A stretch of DNA of 64,000 bases from Candidatus Omnitrophota bacterium. Its GTDB lineage: Bacteria; Omnitrophota; Gorgyraeia; Gygaellales; Profunditerraquicolaceae. The stretch is from assembly GCA_030650425.1 (NCBI GenBank), contig JAUSED010000005.1, positions 78,932 through 142,931 of the forward strand, in the 5' to 3' direction. Shown piece after piece: positions 1 to 12,000 of this stretch. The translations under genes were made by a program, and so were the position numbers. Position 1 is the stretch's first letter, and every line of letters begins with the position of its first letter. The notes under the pieces were generated by a model. The model was not told where the DNA came from, searched no databases, and saw only the letters and a list, made by a program, of their open reading frames with translations.

Positions 1-3000
1 AGGTAAAGGATGATGGCAAAGGGATTAACAAGGAGAAGATTATTAAGCGCGCGGAAGAGTTGGGATTCATCAAAAAAGGCCAAAGGCTTAGCGAGCAGCA
101 AATCCTTAACTTAATATTTCTGCCTGAGGTAAGCGAAGCAAAAGACAGCCGGGAAGGAACGGGAATAGGCTTGGCTACTATTAAGAAGAGCATTGAGGCT
201 GTATGCGGCCAGATAAACGTAAAGAGTAAGACAGGGCAAGGAACCCAATTTAGCTTTAGCCTGCCTTGCGGAGTAGAGCCAGATAAGCTGAAGTCCGGCC
301 TGATAAAATCATTAAAACATAAGCCGTTTGTTATCGAGGTAATCGGAGAAAGAGGGTCTTTTTATAAAGAGGCGGCTCTTTTCTTGACGTGCCTTTTGGG
401 AGCGCGGCCTTTTAACACAGGCTGGCATGCGCGCGCGGCAGTATCTTTATTGTTGAAAGCTATTATGGAAGGCGCGAAGGTAGACAAGAATGATACAAAA
501 GCTGTAGCCGAACTTATGGAAAAATTATTAGAATTAATAGACCGCCTCAGGGAGCCGGTAGTAATCGGCGGCATTGTTACAACCGCTAAGAATGGGAATG
601 CGGTATTGGCTTATCGCGATGAAATTAAATTAGTTACTGACGCCTTAGGCCTCCAGCTTCATAGATTGGTTAATAGCCTGGAAGTGAGCGCGGTAATTGA
701 TGAATTCATAAACAGCGTGGTTAATGGTACTATTGTTTCAGGCCGATACTCAGGCATAATTTTATATACCTCAAAACCGTCTAAACGAAAGGACTCGCTA
801 AAACTCGCGCTCTTGGCTCCTGCGGAAATACGCGCGCAGAGGTTGGGCTGTTCTGTAGAAGATATCAACAAGATAGACAAAAATACAGGTATGGGTGAGG
901 ATTTAAATTATTCCGATGGCATCCTATATATATCAACCGATGATCTTAGCCCGCGTCAGGCCTATCGCAAGGCGCTCGCTATTGTAAGAAAAGAGTTAGT
1001 TAAAGAGTCTTCGCCGCAATCTTCCACCAAACCTCTTTCATCCAGCCCTGCCAGTTCCCCGGTAGAATACGAAAGTAAGCCAGTGGTTTCAGGCGATATT
1101 TCCAGATTGCGCGGTTATTGGTTTATGGAAGCGCCGCGGGAGTATCGAAGGAACGCCCTTCTTTTCGCGGAGAATCACGATGAGCGTCCCGCGCTTGATG
1201 CCTTTAAGAGTATGGAAAAGGCAGAGGCCGCCGCTGTTATTATTCTATCAACAGAGGCGCATATGCTTATCCCGCTTGCCCAAATATACGGGATAAAAAT
1301 GCCTGTTGGCGCGCGCACGGAAATGATGAAATCCCCGGACGCGGGCATTTATCGTTTTAACTATCCACAGCGCCAAGAGGCTGACTTAAAAATAATGTCT
1401 TTCTTTGAACAGGTGCTTCCTATTTTTAGCCAGTCGGTTTTTAGTAAGGGCGATTTATACAGCGCTAAATTAGCTTATCCGGAGGTACATTCTTTAAGAG
1501 GGCTATTTCCGGTGGTGCGCCATTTGCAAGGAGCAGGCGACACAATAGCGGTGATTAATTATTCAGATGGCCGAGAGAAAGTCAGGATAGATTTAGCCAA
1601 AATTTTTGGTTATTATCCCAATCAGGGATTGGCAATTTTAACGCGTCAGCCCAAACTGCGCTATACCAAGAATGTCACTCTTGAATTTAAAGAACCGCGG
1701 ATAGAATTCTCTTTCGGCCCTTACGGCTATGCGATTTTAGGGTTTAGCTCCAGCTCGCCGTTGGAAGAGGAATTCGTATCTCCTACTTCTATGGAGCTTA
1801 ATCCTCACAACTCTTTCTACGGGCAAAAAACGATGATTGATGGCGTGCAGATAGATAAAGTTGTAGCAGCGGGCTTGAATAATTATATACAGGAAAAAGC
1901 ATTAAATACCGCTGACAAAGATAGATTGACTTTTTCTATTGATGGTGAGGCCTTGACGTATGAAATGGTTAAGCTCAAAGAGAGGGTTTTAGCCATAGAC
2001 ACAAGATTAAGCAGTTTGAACATAAAAGAAGCCTTAGCTGATTTATTAATCACAGGCTTAGAGGACGTAGCAGACTTTAATATAGAACAGCTGCCTTTTT
2101 GCTTACATTTTACACTACTTGAGAAATCCCGTTATCTTTTTGAATCTTTACCCGCGCATAATTTCGCAGGTATTAATAGGGGGATACTCGCGTTCACTAA
2201 CCCTCACGCCAGAGATGTTCTTTTGAGGCTGGGATTATGGCATATCTTGCATATTAAGGCAACAACCAAAGGCAGATTGCATGACGGCATTATGAGGCTT
2301 AGGGATGTCGGTGTTGCTAAGAGGTTGATCAAGGAAAGCCGGCTGGGAAGTATCAAAAGATTTATGGCCGCGGTTGAACGAGATGGAGTATTATCGGAGA
2401 ATGCGTTCTTGTTGAATATTCTAAAGGCTTTTTCGACGGAAGAGAAGAGCCCGCAGGATAAAGTGGCTGGTATAAGAGAAAGTATGCGTTGTGATCTCTT
2501 AAATGAACGTCTAAACGCGTTACAAGAAGCAGCTGATAATAATTTAGCAGTTTATCTTGTAGATGATTTATTAGTTTTGCTCCGCGAGAAAGAAGAGCCG
2601 GCCAGGTATAATTTACGCACGCAAGAGGGTAAAGATTGGTATCACGTTAAAATGAATGCTATTTGGCTGTTAGGTAAATTAGAAATATTTCAGGTTGGAA
2701 TAGAAAAAGCTAGGGAGGTCTTGGCCCTTATGCTTGCATTTGGCCTAAGGAGCCCCGCGCCCTGCGTTCATGTCTCAGCTATACTTTCTATTGAATCACT
2801 GGAAAAGAAGGCAAAGGCTTGGCTTAAGCAGGAAGAGGAGAAAGATACATTACTTCCGGGGGCATTACCCGAAGGTGGAGCGGTATCGAGCCCTGTTGAG
2901 GAGGAAGAGATTTTCTTAAGGGAAATTCTGGAAGAGTCTTGTCAAATGGGCTATACGCAGCGGGAGCGCGAGATTTTACAGAGCGCGGCAGAATTTATTT

Positions 3001-6000
3001 CTTCAGAATATCAAGGTAAAAGTTTTAAATCTGGGGAGACGTATTTCCATCATGCCTTGGCCGCGGCCAAGACGCTTTTAGGCTGGAGAGCCGATATAAA
3101 AATCGCCGTGGCGGCGTTTCTGCATAAATTAGACCCTGAATCAAGGAAAAGGCAGGAAGGCCGGCTGAAAATTAAGCATTTAGAAAGAGAAGAGGTTGAT
3201 CAAATTATCGGTATGGTTGAGCGTTTAGAAAACATTGAACAGCGCTGGCCGTATTTGGGCGGGACCATCGTTTACTTGAAAGGCAATAGAAGCGTGCGCC
3301 GTTACCAGAATGCCGTTATGCAATTATGCCGGGATTATGAAACGCTTCTTTTGGTTTACGCGGATAAATTACAAAGCCTGCCCAAGGCCGCGACCTTTAA
3401 GGAAAAAGAGTACCGTTTCCAGGAAATAGTGGATATTTATATGATGCTGCCAGCCCGCTATAACGATTATAGCATGTTTGAAAAACTTAGAAACAAGGCC
3501 TTTGCGATATATGTGCCAGAGGCGGTTTTAGCTATTGAAGGGGATGCCCAAAATAAAGGAATACGCCAAAAGACTTGGGGGCTTTCTTTCCAAGAAATGG
3601 AGCAAAAGCTGAGAGAACTTTCCGGAGAGATCGCTATTTTATTAGAGGCAGGCAACATTCAGGCGGAAATTAAATCGCGCGTAAAGAGCGCATACGGCAT
3701 GTTTGAAAAAATATCCAGCGGAAGAAGGGTAGAATATAATAATTTTGAGGCATTAAAAGATATTTTGGGAACACATATTATATCCGCAAGCGTGGATGTT
3801 ATTTATAATCCCATCATGGTTTGGCTGCGCAAGAAAGGATATAGTTTTAGCGTTGATCAAAAATCAAAATTCAAAAAAGGGTACGAAGCCATTCATATTG
3901 ATGTGGAAATAAACGGTATTGAGCAGGCGAAGGCCCCTCTGCCCTATGAAATCGTTATCTTTAGCCCGGATGATTATAAAAAATATATTTCCGGTAATAG
4001 AAAAGAAAAGTATCTGCCTTTAACTATCCCGCATTACGCTTGGAAATTCGCTGGCTTAGGCGAAAGAGGAGACGAGCAAATTATTGACGCGGATCAATTG
4101 GAATTAAATAGCTTGCCCGCTGAGAATTATCAACAATTGCTTCATTCGTTAAAAAAACTCATTTTTGTTAATTATTTAGAAAAAACACAACGCGGGCTTG
4201 AGGCGCGCTTTATAGAGCTTCCTTACCAAGCCTATCCGGCGGATCTGGCGGCGCATGAGGAGGTGAATAGGTTAGATTCTCAATACAATGGCTTTGTAAC
4301 AATCGCGCTTGAGAAGAGAGGAGAAGAAACCGTTAAAGAAATTTCTCGTCCCCAACCTTTGCAAGAAATCGCTCTTTTAGCAACAGGTATGATTGTCATG
4401 TTGAATCCTCCAGGGGAGGGTTTAGGCAAAGACGTGCTTGGGGTTCTTGAGACTAAAGTGAGCCAACCTCGCACAGTAATGCTTCTGAAGAGGTTGAGAA
4501 ATATGAAAAGTGCAGATTATTGGATTAGGGCGGGAAAGGCGTTAGTGAGCCATAATATAAAAGGCAGAGTTGATAAAGCATATTATGAAAACTTACGTCA
4601 GTTCGCGAGGAGCAAAGGATTTCTGGATATTGCTGAGCTTTTTGAGGCCTTTGGCCGCGGGATCGTTGAAGTTCCATTAGGCAAAAAAGGCGGCTCTTCA
4701 AGCCCCCTGGATTCATCCATTGACCTTGAATTCTTTAAGCATAAATTGCTTCATAGCGAAGGAAGCGTTTCCTTTAAGGGCCTAAATATTTACAGCGAAG
4801 AAGAAATCCGTTATTTTTGGAAGAAGCAAAAGAAATATGGCGGAGTTTTCCAGCAGTTGTCTTTCGCCGCCGATCAGCTAAGCAAGAAAGATAAGATTAA
4901 GGTTCTTTGCGCTGAGGGGGTTTCGCATTTTAAAGACGGCCCTAAATTTTTTACAGCCAGCCGCCTGGCTATTCTTCTGCGCGAGAAAGGCGTTCCTGCG
5001 GAGGCTTTTGACATTTATGTTGTGGATACGGATATGAGCGCGTTGGAACAAGCTGCTTACGGATTTTATGATGCCAGATGGTTCATTGCGCCTAAAGGTG
5101 AAGCGCAAGAGCAGGGTATATTTAAAAAATATTTTGTTGAGTCTAAAAAACCACAGGGGTATCAACTTAAAGAATCTCTACGCTCCCGCATTCATCCGGT
5201 ATATACGCCTTCCCTGATTGAGCTTGAGGAAATTAAAGAAATAGGCCAATTTGATTTGATTACATATTTTTTTAAGGAGTATGTTTTGGAAACAAATCCA
5301 AATGCTCACGGCCAGATCGTAACCAATATTGTAGCCGGACATTTGATCGCGTGCTTAAAGGAAGGCGGTTTTCTCTTAACAACAGCGAATAAATGGTTTG
5401 AAGAATCAAACCTGATGAAACGCCTATCCGTGACTGCGGTTTCCCGTATCCATCGTTCTAATGTGGGCACTTTTAGAACTAAGGTTCTCGCCTATAAGAA
5501 ATTATTCGCAAGCTATAATGATGAATTTTCTAATAAAAAACTCATTCAGCAGTCTAACCAGCTTCGCCATTTAGAAAAAGTTATGGGCCAAAATATCAGC
5601 GTTAAAAGATTCAGGGACGCGTATGAGCTTGCGCGTCAAATCCATCGGGGCAAGAAAAGAGATAACGGAGAACCGTATTTAATGCATCCTATAGCCGTCG
5701 TTGATATTTTTATTGATGTTTTAAAAAGATACCCTCAATATTGGAAGCAATTAGGCTTGGATAGGATTTCTCTGGATGATTCTTATGCCGCTTTGATTGA
5801 CCATGATGTGTTTGAGGAGTATGACTATGATCATGGCCCGTTGAAGAGAAAACAATTAGAGAGCCTGATTAAAATCGAATTAGGGGATGCGGCTTTTGAT
5901 TTTATCATCATATTGACAAATGATAAGGCAAGCGAAGAAGAATATCTTTTGCGCATTATTAGTGATACCCGTTTAATCCTTTCTCTTATGAAGATGGCTG

Positions 6001-9000
6001 ATAAACTGCATAGTTTAAAGACTCCCCGTTATTCCCGCGCTGCTGAGAGGCAGAAAGAGAGCCTTTTACAGGCTATTGATTTTATCCAGAAATCTCGGCT
6101 GCCCAAAGAGGTTCCGGGGATTGTCAAATATTTTATTGATGAAATTTGCCGTTTATATTTACCTGAAATTGTAAAAAGCCGCGAAGAGGGGACGCTTAAA
6201 GGAGGCTTGCCGCAACAATCTTCCCAGCTTGATCCGGAAAAATTTTTTAGCTCACCGGTGGGTCCCGAGGCCGACTGGCGGCGGGCCAATTTCTTACCCG
6301 AGACCTCACTGCTCTTTACTATCTTTTCACCTCAGGAGCAAAAGATGGCTCTTAAAAGATACAGAATCTTAACTCGGAATATGGCAGGGATTATCCCGGA
6401 GCATAACACGCCAGAAGCAGAAGAAACCATCAAGGCAATTTATCTCTACGGAGGGTATCTGTACCATGGTATCCCGACAGACATGGATATTGCGTTTATC
6501 AAATCGGCGAAGATTTCGGTTGAGAAGGACGCAGGGATTTCTATGCTTGCCCAGCGCCTCGCTGACACGGTAAGGTTCCGCGGAAAGGGGTCAGGTTCTG
6601 TTGAAGCGGAGAGGCGGTTGGGTATGACAGTGAATACCCGCCTTTATCTAACGGCAGCGGAATTATGGAATAGCGGCTATCAACTCAGGATGCCGTCTGG
6701 TCGGGAAATCTTTAATTTTGTCAGTCAATTGGTCTGGCCGACAGGGGGGAAGGGAAGTTATCTCGCGCAGGCGATCCTGGCTTTGAACCTATTGGATAAT
6801 ACGGTCTTGACCCGGCTAGGGCTGACTATGGCCGATGTCAGGTTAGTTTACTATGCCAGGGCCTTTTATCTTACTCAGAACCCGCCAATCGATATCCAAC
6901 AGGTTATGGATATCAATAAAAATGTTTGGTCACTGGTTAAAAAGATGAAATGCCAGTTTGCCAGTTCAGTCGTAAATAGAGGGGGTAGAAAGGATGCCTA
7001 TGGTTGTTTAATGCGAACTTTAGTTTCTCAACAACATAAACCTGGCTCCAGTTCACCGGTGGAGGTTTCATCTTCAATCGAAAGCTATGCCGTTGTGACG
7101 GATACTGAAAATAATTCTATAGTTTTTCTTCCCATAGTAAACGGCCCATATATTAGAAACTATCTTGGCACAAAAATAATTAGGGGATTGATTAAAAGTT
7201 TAGACCAATGGATAGGTTTTAAGATAGGCGGCAGGGAAGTACCCACTAATGAAGAAGAGGTTCTGCGTTGCCAGAAGATTTTAACACGATTCGTAATGCG
7301 TCGGTCAATGGGGGAAATTCCCATCGTGTCATTGCGAGCGAACGAAGTGAGCGAAGCAATCTCGACGAGATTGCTTCGTCGCTGCGCTCCTCGCAATGAC
7401 AAATTCCCTGGATCGCCCCCGTTCACTGACGCATTACCACGATTCATCTCCGAGGAAGGGGGAGAGGCAGTTGATTTGTCGACTAAGGGATTTGAAGTAC
7501 ATCTAGTCTTATCTTCGCAAGAAACTTCGAAAAAACCTAAACATCTATCCATAGAGGCATTTTTGGCAGTTAACCAGGAAGGCTATGTTGTGCTTGAGAT
7601 AGCCCCTTGGAATAAAGCAGGCCGTTATTTAGGCTTGGCCCATCAATTAAGGGTTTTCTTTTTTCAAAACATTTTATTGTGGAAATATGACCTTGGGCTT
7701 AAGGCTGTTTATAATATGATATTTACTGTGAGTTATAAGACTATTAACGGGTTAAAAAGAAGCGTATTTTTACCAAAAGACCTGCCAGACTTTATAGCTT
7801 ACGATCTTCCTCCTGTAAATATAGCGGTGATAGAGTCCTACCTTCTATCGTATCTTGTCAAGGAAACAGAGAGGGTGGCAGAGTTAGTGGTGAGAGACGA
7901 TTTAACGAAGAATAAAAAACGTTCTGGCTCGCCTATCGCGGCCTCATCGGTTGAGTCATCCGTTAACGGAACAGAGGAAACGGCAAGCGCGGAACTAAGA
8001 TCTATACTTCATAGCCTCAAGAATAAGTTTCTTTCGCTTGTATATTTTTCTGGCCTTTTGTTGCGTAAGGCTGGCCCCTTAAGAATCGAAGAGGATATAC
8101 CATTATTGAGACTGTTGCGAAATGTCATTTTTCGTCATCCTGAGCGAAGCGAAGGATCTCGTTATCGACGAGATTCTTCGGCCTTCGGCCTCAGAATGAC
8201 GCAAAGTCGGGCATTTCGCAACAGTCCCTTATTGCAAGCAAACAGCCCAATTTCATCCCCAATGGAGTTTCATATCGAATGGGCAGGGGCGCTTGACCAG
8301 AATCCGAAAGGGATTATCAGCGCGGCGGGCGAAAGATTTAAAATCTATTTTAATCTCGTATTTAGCGAATATTTCACCGCAGAAGAAGTACTGGCATTTT
8401 TTCCCGACCGGCTCAAAATAGAGATGAAGCCAAATTTTTACTACAAAGGAATAATCCTAGTGGATAAAATTCAGGTAGTAAATATTTATTCACCTGCCGG
8501 GGAATGGGCAAGGACTAACGACAGAGAGCAGCCAATCTATCCGGAGACCAAAAGCAAGGCCTTTAGGTTAGAGGTGCCATTTTATACCCATGATTCTTTA
8601 ATATTTGATAACGATATACACTGGGAAAAAAGGGAACTTTTGCTTTTTTCTCTGCTGATTAAATTTAAGCATCAGGGAGAAGAGAAGGTTATTGAACTTG
8701 AAGGGTATGGAAAAAGCGGGGCCGGCATAGTTGGCCTCCATTTACCTGCTGTAGGTTATTTTAGCGAAAGACTTAAGCAAAGGCTAGAGAATCTATACAG
8801 CGATTATTTAGGAGGCATTGAAAAAGATAACGCGATAACTCTCTTAGTGTATTATACGGAGGTATTAAAGATAGAATATGCTAAAGAATTACTGCTAAGG
8901 ATTGCCAAGGATAGCAACCATTTAATCAGAAAGGATTTGGCTGTAAGCTTAAGGCAGCTGTTAGCGCATGATATTCACGCAGAGATTTTAAATGAATTAA

Positions 9001-12000
9001 TCAATGACGCCGACAGAGAAGTCAGGGAAGAGGCGCTAGTTACCTATTGTGTATATGCTTTGCGCGGTAAATTTTCTAGTGATTTACAAGATCTAAATAA
9101 CTTACCAATGCGTATCTTTTTTTATGCGAAGAGCCTTTTTGTAAAAGAGGGAGAGAGAAAAGAATTAGTAACGATATTAAAACAACCAACAGATACCGTA
9201 AGCTTTCTTGCTGGTTTTTCCGGAGAAGACTTGCGCGGAGGAATTTACAGTAAGGAGCAAGCAGAAGGCTATATTCGTTTATTTAGAGAAGCGGTTGTTT
9301 CTGAAGTAAAGGGATTTTTAAGCACAATAGAAGCAAGAGTAAGAAGGGTAAGCCTTGATGGAAGCAAGGTTGAAGAGGATAAGAAAACAATTATCAGCCT
9401 GATATCGGAAATGAGACGGGAATTAGAAAGGCGGCAGGCTGGCAGCCCGATTTTCGTAGTTCGAGGCCTATCTTTGCGGCAGTATAACCCCGGTTTCAGA
9501 TTGCTGTATTTATCTGGGCATATTTCCAGTTCGCCGATAACCTCCAGAAGCAACAACATAGCAGGAGCGCCTTTTTCTAAGTCATTTTTACAATGGCTAA
9601 GTGACTCAGGTATAGGATTAAGGAGTCCTCCGTCCAAGCTGCTTGCGGCTTTTGTCTTCCTTGCATATCTAGCCGCATCTATTTTCTCGCCAATAGTAAG
9701 CAGAGCAGATTCAGTTCAAACGCCCTCAGGTGGAAAGGCGCCTCAGGAAATTCCGCAGGAAAAACCAAAGCAAGAAGGACAGGCGTCCTTGAAAGCTCCG
9801 GCAAAGGCCGCTAATGATTTAGCGCAAGTAAAATTAAGCGAGGCAATAACTGCTCTCAAGAATAAAAAGAGGCCAGAGGCCGAAGGATTCCTTAATTCTG
9901 CGAAAGAATATTTGTTCGAGGTTAAAGCCGGTAAAATTGTGGCTAAAATTGAAGATCATAAAACTTTGGTAGAATTTGCGGAGCTCTCAGAGCGCCTTCG
10001 CAGGTTCGATGATGCTATTTTGGCTTATAACGCGGCCGCGGGAGTTGTTGAAAAAAAGGATCCGGATTTAGCAGAATATTACAGGTCAATAGCTTCGTCT
10101 CTCGAACCGTTTAAAAAAGGAGAAACGTCCCGTCAGCCGCCTGCGCCTCTATCTCCTGAAGCTTCTAAGAAAGCGGTAACGTTAAGCCCGGAGGAGCAGG
10201 AAAAGCTAAAAAAGACCACCAGGGCCGCATTAGATAAAATCGAAAGATCTTTAGGGACACCTAAAGGTATCCCGATAACGGATGAGCAAAGAAAGGCGGC
10301 GAAGAAGAGTCTTGATGAGGCAAAGGAAAAGTTAGATAAATCACGGATAACTGACTTTGATCTTTATGCTGAAATCGGCAGAATATATAATTTATTAGAC
10401 TTCTATAAAGAGGCAGGAGAAGCAAACGCGAAAGCGCGGGAATCCGTCGCATCAGACGCAGAGAAAGGATTTATTAAAGACCAGATTCAGAAGAACGAGA
10501 TGGACGAGATGAACGCGCCAATAAAGCGCCCCGGCAGCTCGCCGTTAGGCAGTTCCAGCTCAAAAACCTCAAGCCCTATGGAAGATTATGGAAGATTTTT
10601 GGCTTTGGCGGAAGAAATTAGCAAAGTGATTAAAGCTGCACAGGCCGCCATCTTTGATAAGAATAGAGAACAAGGAGTTTTTGAGCTTTATGCGCAAATA
10701 GAGCACGCCGCGAACTTATTTGAAAGTTTTAAACGAATCTTTCATTCTTTTAGAATCACACCTGAGCTTAAAGAGCATTATACGGAGATAATAGTTGCTT
10801 TAGCAATGAATTTCCCGTCGCGAATTGAGCCAGAGTCAAATCTTATCCGAGGAATGGATACAGGCCTTACCGCAGCTGCCGAAAAAGAATTGAGGGCTAT
10901 TTTATCATATAAAGAGGCTAAGCAGGTACTATGGCAAAAACTGCAGCCGTATATTATAGGTTTAGATGAAATTCCTGAGCCTAAACTCAGCTTAGGCCTG
11001 CCCATGGTGATTAAATCGTTTCATAACCTTGATGAAATAAGATATCTCCAGGAAATGGCTGGTAATTTCGAGCTTCAATTCTGTGTGGTTTCGCCTAAAA
11101 GGACGCCTTATCCTTTACTTATTTTTTCAAAAGAGCTTGGGGGTTGGGCTGAAATAAGGTTTGTGCCTTTTGCCTCTGCGGTGGCCCATACCCAAGCTTA
11201 CTTGATTCCTTTGGAAGCAAGTCAAGAAGACGAAAGAAAGGCAGGATTAGTCAACAGAGTTTATCGAATTCCTTTCCTTGTTTTAGGTTTTGGTTCCGGA
11301 AAAGATACTCATTTGGAAATCTCCTGGTTTACAAAAAATGCGCCTTGGTTTCATTACGAGCGGGAAAATCAGGAAGAAATAGTCCGGTTTTTACGCAAGG
11401 TTAATTTCCTGGAGACATCTTCTCCCCTTATTGATAATACCGGTGAGGAATGGACAGATAGAGAACTGGAAATCTGGCGATTGTGGGCAAAAGGCGTAGA
11501 TCGGGAAGCTATAGGCAAGGCATTAAATGAAGGTGAACGTTTTATAAAAAGGGTCATTTCAAAGATTATAACAAAATTTAATATTTCAAAAAGAGGTCAA
11601 ATAGCGCACTTTATCTCTATTAAGGAGGCAAAAAAGTACGGCATAGATTTAGGTATTAGCTTAAAGGAGGCCTTAGATCAGGATTATCTTGCGGCAATTA
11701 AGCTTTATCTGAAAAATGAGCCTCCAATGGATATTGACAAAAAATTCAACAAAAAAGATTCGTGGTTTTTAAAGGCGGTCTTTCCTGTTATGCTTATTTT
11801 AACCAATATGGATATGGAACCTTTAGATGATAAATTCTCTGATAGTTTCCGCCAACGGATTACGGATGTTTTAATTGAGCAAGGAATTTTGGAAAAAGGA
11901 TTTACGATTAAGCCTAAGGAAGTTTTGAGTGAACGGGAGAAAAAGATTTTGTGGTTGTTTATAGCCGGTTACAATCCAAAAGCCATTGCTTTGACGCTTT

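Noticed and set aside
11030-11400. A JAB/MPN (JAMM) metalloprotease assignment for the paralogous H-x-H modules (also at 31575-31940).
   Set aside because: GHTHGLAASLEVGQID does not fit the H-x-H-x7-S-x2-D spacing, and copy A has AHTQ. The evidence is insufficient, so I left the function unknown.
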